IMG/VR virus record: IMGVR_UViG_3300047497_000079
Coordinates: 17,637-81,636 of that record
Source: a virus
Strand: one strand, 5' to 3'
Length of the DNA stretch: 64,000 nt
Under the pieces are notes generated by a model. It searched no databases and had not been told where the DNA came from. It worked only from the letters and a program-made list of their open reading frames with translations. Shown here piece by piece: positions 50,348 through 58,398 of this stretch. The translations under genes were made by a program, and so were the position numbers. The number at the start of each line of letters is the position of its first letter. The first letter of the stretch is position 1.

Positions 50348-51073
50348 ATGATCCTCTCTTTCCGGCAATTCATGAAGGAAGCCCTGGTCGATGACGCCAT
50401 CGTCAGGAATCCTTCGATTAGTCAGCTAAAGTCCATGATCCAACGCGCACCCCATTCTCGGGTGCGTTTTGTCATCACCGACGCCGAAGACTTTTTTGCC
50501 GTGCCGTCCACGTACAAAACCCATGACGACATCACCACTGAAATGGGCATTGATACGAATACCGTCGATTCGCTCGGCGAGGTGGTCTTCGAGAACGGTC
50601 ACTATATGATCAAGTTGTACGCCAACTACTTCTCTAATTTCGCTCATTCTTACACCGAGCCCACTCGGGAATGGATGTCGCGGCTGCGGAACACAGGCGG
50701 CTTTCTTGGTGGGAGGGTCTTTGCCGATTCCTGGGACATGCTGGGAGAAGCCATCGGCAGCAAAATCCATATCAACCCAACCATCAGCAAAATCAAAGAC
50801 CTAACCAGAACCGACCCAGCTCAGCAGGCCAGGTTTGTGATCGATTCGGACGGAGATCTCTTCGTCGGACAAGCCTACTATACCTATCACCACGACATTG
50901 AGCGCGCCGAAGGGATACATGATCCAGATGCCGAAGGTGTCTTTGAGTGGCTCAAGGAAACTGGCTTCACGTTTGATTTCACGCTCCTTCCCCGAATGAC
51001 GGACAATGTGCGTACCTGGATTAAACGTTTGCGGGCGGCTGGGTTCATCGAAGCCACTGAATCTCGTTACTAA
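50348..51073 (+). CDS. Capsid-targeting-like N-terminus plus two NP/RFVID domains
   Basis: MILSFRQFMKE; two internal repeats; TAAATA-N5-ATG. Confidence 0.7.
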   Translation: MILSFRQFMKEALVDDAIVRNPSISQLKSMIQRAPHSRVRFVITDAEDFFAVPSTYKTHDDITTEMGIDTNTVDSLGEVVFENGHYMIKLYANYFSNFAHSYTEPTREWMSRLRNTGGFLGGRVFADSWDMLGEAIGSKIHINPTISKIKDLTRTDPAQQARFVIDSDGDLFVGQAYYTYHHDIERAEGIHDPDAEGVFEWLKETGFTFDFTLLPRMTDNVRTWIKRLRAAGFIEATESRY

Positions 51074-51131
51074 CGAATTTTTCTAAATACCTAAATAAAT
51101 CCAAGAAACATATTTACAGGACAACTATTCA

Positions 51132-51845
51132 ATGTCTCAAAGAAAACGGCTTTCTGAACTCCTTTATGAAAACGACCAGTACCAGCTCGACGAAGCCGGG
51201 TTTGGAAGTGCATTAGCTGCATTTGGTCGCGACGTGCGCCATGGAACGGGTTCTGAAAAAAGCAAAGCAGCTTATAAAGCCCATGCTGCCGCCTATAAAG
51301 CAAACCCACGCGCTCCAGAACCTTCATTTCACGATTTAATGGGTAGGAGCAAAAAGGCCGCTGGCTCGACAGCATCGCACGTTGCTTCAAAAATAAGTTC
51401 GATTGTTTCGGGCAAGCACACTTATAACAAGGGCGATTACAAGCGCCCAACGGGTCAAGATCGGGACCTTCATAAGCATTTGGCTATGGCTCAGGATCAT
51501 CGCGGTGAAGCGAAGCATCACTTTGCAAGGGCTCAAGAGCATCACGAAAAAGCTCGTGACCATGGAGAGCAAGCTGCTCATCATATTCGTGCTGAAGCAC
51601 AAAAGAATTACGGAAGTTCATTGACCTCTCCGAAGCCACAGTTTCAACCGGGGCAGGGGCAACAAGGACAACAAGCTCCTCAAGGTGGTGGGGGTTCTTC
51701 ACATCTTAGAGATGCACTCCAGCATGCAGACATGGCGGGTCATCATGCAAAGAAAAGAGATGAACACTTAGGTTTGGCAAAACATCATACGGAAAAATCA
51801 AAAGCACATCTTGCGGCGATCCATTCGATCAAGCGCGGGCGGTAA
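51132..51845 (+). CDS. His/Lys/Gln-rich protein, putative internal head protein
   Basis: RLSELLYE..LDEAG N-terminus; His-periodic helices; late promoter upstream. Confidence 0.6.
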   Translation: MSQRKRLSELLYENDQYQLDEAGFGSALAAFGRDVRHGTGSEKSKAAYKAHAAAYKANPRAPEPSFHDLMGRSKKAAGSTASHVASKISSIVSGKHTYNKGDYKRPTGQDRDLHKHLAMAQDHRGEAKHHFARAQEHHEKARDHGEQAAHHIRAEAQKNYGSSLTSPKPQFQPGQGQQGQQAPQGGGGSSHLRDALQHADMAGHHAKKRDEHLGLAKHHTEKSKAHLAAIHSIKRGR

Positions 51846-51857
51846 TCGGATTAGTTC

Positions 51858-52115
51858 ATGCCATCTCGTTCCCATCAAGTCCTGTACCAAGCCCTTGACG
51901 AACTCAAGGGCCAGAACTTTTCGTCTTTCCAGGACATCATGTCCCACGTCTTGTTCTCCAAGACGAGGGCGTCCATCGCCGAAATGCGGAAGGGATTGTA
52001 TTCCAGCCCTGTTTCGGAAGGGCTGGGGCTTGAGGACGATCTCGCTGATTATGCCATCGACGCGCTTGTCCACGAACTCGACCTGGATTCCGACGTAGAA
52101 AGCAAGATTGGGTAG
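51858..52115 (+). CDS. Acidic hypothetical protein
   Basis: ORF following 51132. Confidence 0.55.
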   Translation: MPSRSHQVLYQALDELKGQNFSSFQDIMSHVLFSKTRASIAEMRKGLYSSPVSEGLGLEDDLADYAIDALVHELDLDSDVESKIG

Positions 52116-52229
52116 CTAAGCCTACCCATTTTCCCTCCTTAACCGTGTCCTTAAGTGGACACTTGCATTTTCCCTTTTCCCAACGATCTTAAAGCGTGCT
52201 AGCCTCAACCAGCACAAAGGGAATTTGCT

Positions 52230-52460
52230 ATGGGAATTATGACAGTACTCGATACCACGGGCCATACGGAATACTCCTGGACCGAGGGCAACGAAGACGA
52301 AACCGAAATCGCAAGAAAAGCCTTCAACGACCTGATCGCCAAAGGATACACGGCGTTTTATGTCGACGAGGACCGGGACGACCGCAAGGGCAAGCGCATG
52401 ATATCGTTCGATGCCGACGCAGGCTCGGTTATTCTTTTCAAGCAACTTGCGGGGGGTTAG
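52230..52460 (+). CDS. Small protein ending in Gly-Gly
   Basis: VLDTTGHT..W..E..AR.AF..KGY.AF..FD.DA..QLAGG*. Confidence 0.7.
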   Translation: MGIMTVLDTTGHTEYSWTEGNEDETEIARKAFNDLIAKGYTAFYVDEDRDDRKGKRMISFDADAGSVILFKQLAGG

Positions 52461-52466
52461 CCCCCT

Positions 52467-53048
52467 ATGCCGGTACCCACCCAAGCTTTTTATGACACCA
52501 CGCTTAGTTACATCACAACGGCTACAACGAGCATAACCAGCGGCCACATCTTTACGGCAAGTTCTGCCACCAACTGTGTCATATACGGAGTTGGTGGATC
52601 GTACATTCCATTCCGTATCCCTACCGAGATACCGACGCCATCTGCTACCGAGACCGAAGAACGATGGCAGCGGCAGGATGAAGTTCAGCGGCGGCAACTG
52701 GAGGCAGACGAAAGAGCCAGGGGGCTTCTTCTATCCTACCTGGATGACGAGCAACGGCGTACCTTTCAAACTAACAATTTCTTTGAAGTGATTTCTCAGT
52801 TCGGCCGGCGCTATAGGATCTGGACGACGGGATGGGTCGGAAACGTCGACCGATTACGTGCCGATGGCACTATTGAAGCTCGATATTGCGCACATGTTCC
52901 TGCTCACGAATGCACCATGCATGATCAGTTTATCGCTCAGATGATTATGCTCCAGTACGATGAAAGCGCGTTTCTTCAGGTGGCGAATGTGCCTCATATT
53001 ATTCAACGGGGGCCGACAGTCGTTCAGGAGATGGCCGTAGCGGCTTAA
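52467..53048 (+). CDS. Hypothetical protein, partner of the GG-ending protein
   Basis: RARGLLLSYL..EQ..F..RRYRI..YCAH..DQFIAQ..DE..FL..AN. Confidence 0.65.
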   Translation: MPVPTQAFYDTTLSYITTATTSITSGHIFTASSATNCVIYGVGGSYIPFRIPTEIPTPSATETEERWQRQDEVQRRQLEADERARGLLLSYLDDEQRRTFQTNNFFEVISQFGRRYRIWTTGWVGNVDRLRADGTIEARYCAHVPAHECTMHDQFIAQMIMLQYDESAFLQVANVPHIIQRGPTVVQEMAVAA

Positions 53049-53063
53049 CACAAAGAGGGTGGT

Positions 53064-53450
53064 ATGCCATTACTAACGATCAAGTGGTATACGAGAGAAG
53101 ACATTCAGGCGAATAGAAATCGGCTTTATGTATTCGGCGATAACTTCGCGGAGAGCGGGAGAGGCGGTCAAGCGCGCGCCTGCCGTGGAGAGCCGAACAC
53201 TATAGGAATTCCTACCAAACGTGCTCCCTTCTGGTCTCCCGAAGACTTCTTGTGCGACAACGATATCCCCGAGTGGCTGGAAAGAGTAAAAATCCCATTT
53301 GCGACCGTGCAGACGGCTCTGAGAGATGGAATCGAGGTAGCTATTCCAGCCGATGGACTTGGTACTGGATTGGCTCATCTGCCGTCAAAAGCCCCACGTA
53401 TTTTTTCGATGCTTCAGGCTCAAATTCGATACTGGCACACAATTACCTAA
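53064..53450 (+). CDS. Conserved phage protein (YVFGDN..GGQA..RGEPN..GIPTK family)
   Basis: Motifs as named, plus P.DGLGTGLA.L. Confidence 0.7.
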   Translation: MPLLTIKWYTREDIQANRNRLYVFGDNFAESGRGGQARACRGEPNTIGIPTKRAPFWSPEDFLCDNDIPEWLERVKIPFATVQTALRDGIEVAIPADGLGTGLAHLPSKAPRIFSMLQAQIRYWHTIT

Positions 53451-53458
53451 ATATCTGT

Positions 53459-53914
53459 ATGAAAGCAAAGACTGATCTGGCCTTGGCTCTTGGTATTCCG
53501 ACCGAGCCTGTACTCTTGGAAGAAAATAATGTTCCTGTCTTAGTGCCGGAACCTACGGCCACAGCCGCTCCTCTTTCTGACGATGATTTCCATCTCGCCA
53601 GAAGCAATATCCTGAAAGCCATAGCGAAGGGTGGGCAGCTCCTAGATGCCATGAGCGATGTCGCTGTTCAGTCCGACTCTGCCAGGGTATTCGAAGTAGC
53701 CACAGATCTCATGCGAGGATTCGTGGAGGTCAATGAAAAGCTCGTGGATCTTCACAATCGAAGAATGACGAGCGAGCCAATTGGATCTACAGGCCCAACG
53801 ACCGTTAATAATCTTACTATCGTCGGAACTACAGACGAAGTTCTGCGAAAGATTATTGATGCACGCAAGAACAATACTCTCATCGAACACCAGGAAGCTG
53901 ATGCCGCCGACTAA
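53459..53914 (+). CDS. gp16: Terminase small subunit gp16
   Basis: DDF..AR.N...I.KG....VA..S..AR.FEV...L; NN..IVGTTDE; immediately upstream of gp17; TAAATA-N5-ATG. Confidence 0.85.
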   Translation: MKAKTDLALALGIPTEPVLLEENNVPVLVPEPTATAAPLSDDDFHLARSNILKAIAKGGQLLDAMSDVAVQSDSARVFEVATDLMRGFVEVNEKLVDLHNRRMTSEPIGSTGPTTVNNLTIVGTTDEVLRKIIDARKNNTLIEHQEADAAD

Positions 53915-53922
53915 ATAGTCGT

Positions 53923-56820
53923 GTGACATTACCAACCAATAACCCTTTTCTCAAAAAAGCCTATACGCCCATTGAGTTTACTCCTCATCAGATCGAGGAG
54001 TTAATCAAATGTCAGGCGGACCCAGAATACTTTCTTCGTAACTATTATACGCTTAAGACGGCGGACGGTGAGGAAAAGCTTTTTGAGCCTTATCCGTATC
54101 AGCTCCGCTTTCTGAGGGCGATGGTTGACGACCGATTTGTAATCGGAAAGATAGGACGGCAGCTCGGTAAAAGCTCAATAGTTATAGCCTTTCTGTTGCA
54201 CTCAATCTTGTTCTTTCCAAACCGCGAGATCCTACTTCTCTCGAAATCTGAAATCGACGCGATTGCGCTCCTTTCACGTATCAAATACGCGTATGAAAAG
54301 ATCCCTCAGTGGATGCAACAAGGCGTTTTGAGAAATGATGCCAAGAGATTTGAGCTAGAGAATAAAAGCTCGATCCAGGTTAGAGCGACGACGGAAGGGG
54401 CCGGCCGGTCCGGTTCATACTGGTGTGTGTTTGCCGACGAGTTTGCTTTCGTACCCGCCAATCTGGCTCACGAGTTCTATACCGCTGCTTATCCGACCGT
54501 TTCGTCCGGTAAGCAATCCAAGTTCATAATCGTATCTTGCGTCACAAAGAACTCTTACGTTTTTACTCCACACGGCCCGAGAAGGATATCTGAATTTATA
54601 GATAACAATCAAATCGTGAACCCAAATCTTGGCTATAAGGTTCTTCCATACGCCGTCGCAGGAAAAGATAAACTTCATCAGGGTGACATTATGGTCAACT
54701 CTGGTGTGTCCAAAACCTACAAAATCAAATCGCAATGTTCAGATTTGGAATGCTCTCCAGCTCATAAATTGTGGGTATGTGATAAGAATGGACACTATGG
54801 ATGGAAAAAAGCCGAAGATGTTCAGGTTGGTGAATGGATAGGACTTCGATATGGTCTCAACCTGTGGGGGAACTACGATTCTATCAAAGACCTTCAAAGA
54901 ACTCTTTCTTTTAAGGAACACTCTCGTTTCGAAGTTCCTCTGTCACTTAATGAGGACCTTGCTTATTTCCTTGGTTTATTTCTAGCAGAAGGCTATGCAA
55001 GGCCAATCTATGGAGTGGGTGGTGACCTAACAGGAGGTCAGGTCACGATCACTTGCGGTGATGATATTGCCCATGTATTCGAAAAATTAGGGCTTAAATA
55101 TAGCAAATCTGACGACGTTCATTATACCGTCAACAGTAAAAGCCTATTTTTGTTTCTAAAAGAGTTTGGCTTCGATCCAGCACTAAAGGCGAAAAATAAA
55201 GTAGTTCCTGATCGTCTTTTTATGTGTTCCGAAAAAGTCATTTGCTCGTTTTTGCGAGGATATTTTGACGGTGATGGAACCATCACGCAAGGCCAATATG
55301 GTATTATAGGCGCATGCTCAGCTTCATCTGTATTAATTGATCAAATCCGAATTTTGCTTATGAATCTGGGTATTTTGTCTGGACGAACATATTACAAGAC
55401 TACACAAACAAAGAAAGTGAAAGCATGGAGCGAACGTCATGTCCTTGAAATTTCCATGTGTGAACAACGCAAATTATTCATGGAGAAAGTTGGCTTTGGT
55501 TTAAAAAGAAAAGCCGACAAATATTCTTATAATCCCCTCAAGAAGTTGGTGACTAAAGACTATATTCCATTCGGTCGCAGATATTTTCAGATAGAAGAAA
55601 ATAAAACATACGATAGAAGTGAAAATATATCACGAGCGCGTGCGATTGCTGCCGGTGTTTGCCATGAGATTGTCGACCCAAATATCAAATGGGATGTCGT
55701 TAGAAAAATTGAAACTGGCGAAAATGAAGTCTTTGATTTTTCTCTTCCGCATGTAGAAGATGATCCATGGTGCCATTCCGTCCTCTATAATGGTTACATA
55801 GGCCATCAAACCCCGAATGGAATTAACCTGTTCTACAAGCTTTGGATGGACGCCAAGGCAAAGAAGAACAATTACACGACCGTCGAAGCCCACTGGTCCG
55901 AACATCCCGACCGCGACGAAAAATGGGCGAGGCAAGAAGAGAAGGCTCTCGGATCTGAAAAGTTCGCCCAGGAATATCTGGCCGAGTTCCTGGGTTCGGC
56001 TGATACCCTGATTTCGTCATCGAAGCTTCGTATGCTCGTTCACTCCGATCCGATCTTTGAGCAGCAGAACTATCAGCTCTGGGACATGCCGAAACTGAAT
56101 CACAAATATGTCATCTGTTCAGACATCGCTGAAGGCATCGGCCGTGACTACACCGTCGCCGTAATCATCGACGTAACCTCATTGCCATACCAGTACGTCG
56201 GCAAATACAGGTCGAACCGGATATCACCCCTGTCGCTACCCAAGCTCCTATACTCTCTAGGCAAGCAGTTTAACGAGGCCCACGTCCTGGTCGAGACCGG
56301 GGCCGCGTGCCAGGGTATCGGCGAACAGGTCGGCAACACCCTGTATTTCGAACTAGAGTATGAGAATGTTTTCTGCTCCACCAAGGGCGTCGGCCGCGGT
56401 GGCCAGGAGCTTGAATGGACACCCGGCAAGACACGCAACATGGGCGTCCGTACGACACGCGCTACGAAGGCCAAGGGATGCGCGTCCCTTAAGCACCTCG
56501 TAGAAAACGATCAGCTCATCATTCCAGACTTTGAAGCGCACGAGGAACTGTCCAACTTCAAGAAGATCGGCAACACCTTCCGGGCCGAGGACACTCTGAC
56601 AGACGATATCGCCATGTCTCTCGTTATCTTTGGATGGCTGTGCAAACAGACCAACTTCGAAGACCTGACCGAAACTAAGGTGATTGCGCACGACGAGGGA
56701 GATCTAATCCTCCCTCTTGTTTACGACGGTCTGAACGACCCCGGCGACGTTATCGTCGACACCGAGAACAATTTGCTATGGCAGCGTAAAGTCAATTTTA
56801 TAGCCGGGATTGGCTACTGA
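53923..56820 (+). CDS. gp17: Terminase large subunit gp17 with intein
   Basis: RQLGKS Walker A, FADEFAFV Walker B, S|TPNG coupling motif split by the intein, DIAEG.G.DY, DD.AMSL. Confidence 0.95.
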   Translation: MTLPTNNPFLKKAYTPIEFTPHQIEELIKCQADPEYFLRNYYTLKTADGEEKLFEPYPYQLRFLRAMVDDRFVIGKIGRQLGKSSIVIAFLLHSILFFPNREILLLSKSEIDAIALLSRIKYAYEKIPQWMQQGVLRNDAKRFELENKSSIQVRATTEGAGRSGSYWCVFADEFAFVPANLAHEFYTAAYPTVSSGKQSKFIIVSCVTKNSYVFTPHGPRRISEFIDNNQIVNPNLGYKVLPYAVAGKDKLHQGDIMVNSGVSKTYKIKSQCSDLECSPAHKLWVCDKNGHYGWKKAEDVQVGEWIGLRYGLNLWGNYDSIKDLQRTLSFKEHSRFEVPLSLNEDLAYFLGLFLAEGYARPIYGVGGDLTGGQVTITCGDDIAHVFEKLGLKYSKSDDVHYTVNSKSLFLFLKEFGFDPALKAKNKVVPDRLFMCSEKVICSFLRGYFDGDGTITQGQYGIIGACSASSVLIDQIRILLMNLGILSGRTYYKTTQTKKVKAWSERHVLEISMCEQRKLFMEKVGFGLKRKADKYSYNPLKKLVTKDYIPFGRRYFQIEENKTYDRSENISRARAIAAGVCHEIVDPNIKWDVVRKIETGENEVFDFSLPHVEDDPWCHSVLYNGYIGHQTPNGINLFYKLWMDAKAKKNNYTTVEAHWSEHPDRDEKWARQEEKALGSEKFAQEYLAEFLGSADTLISSSKLRMLVHSDPIFEQQNYQLWDMPKLNHKYVICSDIAEGIGRDYTVAVIIDVTSLPYQYVGKYRSNRISPLSLPKLLYSLGKQFNEAHVLVETGAACQGIGEQVGNTLYFELEYENVFCSTKGVGRGGQELEWTPGKTRNMGVRTTRATKAKGCASLKHLVENDQLIIPDFEAHEELSNFKKIGNTFRAEDTLTDDIAMSLVIFGWLCKQTNFEDLTETKVIAHDEGDLILPLVYDGLNDPGDVIVDTENNLLWQRKVNFIAGIGY
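54538..55809 (+). mobile_element. Intein with LAGLIDADG endonuclease in gp17
   Basis: Starts CVTKNS; LGLFLAEG and LRGYFDGDG; ends YNGYIGHQ|T. Confidence 0.9.
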
Positions 56821-56826
56821 TCCTGA

Positions 56827-57702
56827 TCAGGCAGCAAGCCGTGCCGTTGGTTTTATCAGCGGCAAGATAAACTCCACCGCTATCTTTCTACCCAGTGGGG
56901 TCAATGAATAGTCTCTGTGCTTGGTTTCAATATACCCCTCCGTACGAAGCTTTCCTAGTAAGGTATGAAGATAGTTATCAGTGGCGTCCGGAGTTATTAA
57001 GCGGGCGGATCGTATCTGATCGAATGTCCGTGGGCCATGGTTGTAAAGATGCCAAATGACTCTATCACGGTTGTAACGAAGACGACCGCTTATAAGTCGC
57101 GGTTGGCGAAATGTTGCTTTTAACTGAATAGTAGATAGTTCTTGCGCGGCTGGCGTGATGGTGGGCACGGGCGACTTAAGGACATCAGTCGATTGTGTAG
57201 GTAACGGAGCGATTCGTACCGAATTTAAGGATAGTCCTCTACTTACTAGAAAAGCGAACATATCGCCGACGAAACCCGTTGGCAAATCAACACGTAAGCG
57301 AAAAAATGGAACATCATCCGTGGGTGTTCCTATCTTTTCTATTTTCTCAAGTTTGGGAACAGTGTCTAAGAGAAGTTCGGATACAGTCTCGACTTCTGAT
57401 TGCAAAATATCGACTTGGCGTTCAAGCCGACTAAGAGGCGTATCCTCTTGTTTTCTATGACGTTCCTGCTTCGGAAGTGGCTTTAGGGGTGACAGACCAT
57501 CAGCCTTTAATGTGTTCCGAACCTGTGATCGGACATTTAAGGCAGCTCGCCAATCGGATGAGGTGAGCGCGACCGTGTGTATTCGCTCCTGCCCGTGATG
57601 AAACCACTTTACTTTCAGATGCTTACCGCCGCGCTCGGTCGCATAACGGGTAATCCCGTGGCGTGCTAGCTCATCCACCGCGGCCGTCAAACATTCATTC
57701 AT
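56827..57702 (-). CDS. HicA-like N-terminal domain plus C-terminal winged-HTH protein
   Basis: GGKHLKV..TV..TSSD.RA..N.R...R; LGKLRTEGYIE....YSLTPLG. Confidence 0.5.
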   Translation of the reverse strand: MNECLTAAVDELARHGITRYATERGGKHLKVKWFHHGQERIHTVALTSSDWRAALNVRSQVRNTLKADGLSPLKPLPKQERHRKQEDTPLSRLERQVDILQSEVETVSELLLDTVPKLEKIEKIGTPTDDVPFFRLRVDLPTGFVGDMFAFLVSRGLSLNSVRIAPLPTQSTDVLKSPVPTITPAAQELSTIQLKATFRQPRLISGRLRYNRDRVIWHLYNHGPRTFDQIRSARLITPDATDNYLHTLLGKLRTEGYIETKHRDYSLTPLGRKIAVEFILPLIKPTARLAA

Positions 57703-57831
57703 GCGATTTGCCCCTGTTTTGTCGATTCAACGATGCTTCCGCAATTTGGAATACAAGTCCAGCAGATTCAACACCAAAACTCACAAGTTACATAAATATG
57801 CAAAAGAATACTAAACAATCGGTAACGCTCA

Positions 57832-58395
57832 ATGCCTGTAGATATCCATTCATTCACCTCGCAATTTTCCGGAGGCGGTGCAAGGCTTAACCTATTTCAG
57901 GTGCAGATAACTAATCCTGTAGATGGTTCCCAGGACAACGTTATCCCCTTCCGCGCGAAAGCCGCCGATCTTCCGGTCTGGCAGACGGAGGAACTAAAAG
58001 TCTCCTTTATGGGGAGACAAATCTACTACGCAGGTGTCCGCCAACCTGATTCATGGAACATCACGATCATTGAGGACTCGAACCTGTTGGTTCGGAACGC
58101 CCTGGAATCGTGGCAAAACTGGATCAATCTCCAGGAACAAAACGTTCGTGGATTCACGACCGAAGCCGATTCTGCCTACAAATCCGTGGCACAGGTTCAG
58201 TGTTTGGACAAGCTTGGCAACGTATCGCGCGAATATACCCTCTACGGTCTATGGCCGGTAACAGTCGCATCAATTAATCTGAGCTGGGATACTGACAATA
58301 TCATGGAGTACGGAGCTACGTTCCGCTACGACTACTTTGAAATTTCAAATGGGTATTCAGGCAACGCTGCGGATCCCGGCACAATCGGATCATAA
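57832..58395 (+). CDS. gp19: Tail tube protein gp19
   Basis: GGGAR.NLFQV, FMGRQI..AG.R....W..T, QCLDK.G....Y...G.WP, F.YDY. Confidence 0.92.
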   Translation: MPVDIHSFTSQFSGGGARLNLFQVQITNPVDGSQDNVIPFRAKAADLPVWQTEELKVSFMGRQIYYAGVRQPDSWNITIIEDSNLLVRNALESWQNWINLQEQNVRGFTTEADSAYKSVAQVQCLDKLGNVSREYTLYGLWPVTVASINLSWDTDNIMEYGATFRYDYFEISNGYSGNAADPGTIGS

Positions 58396-58398
58396 TTT

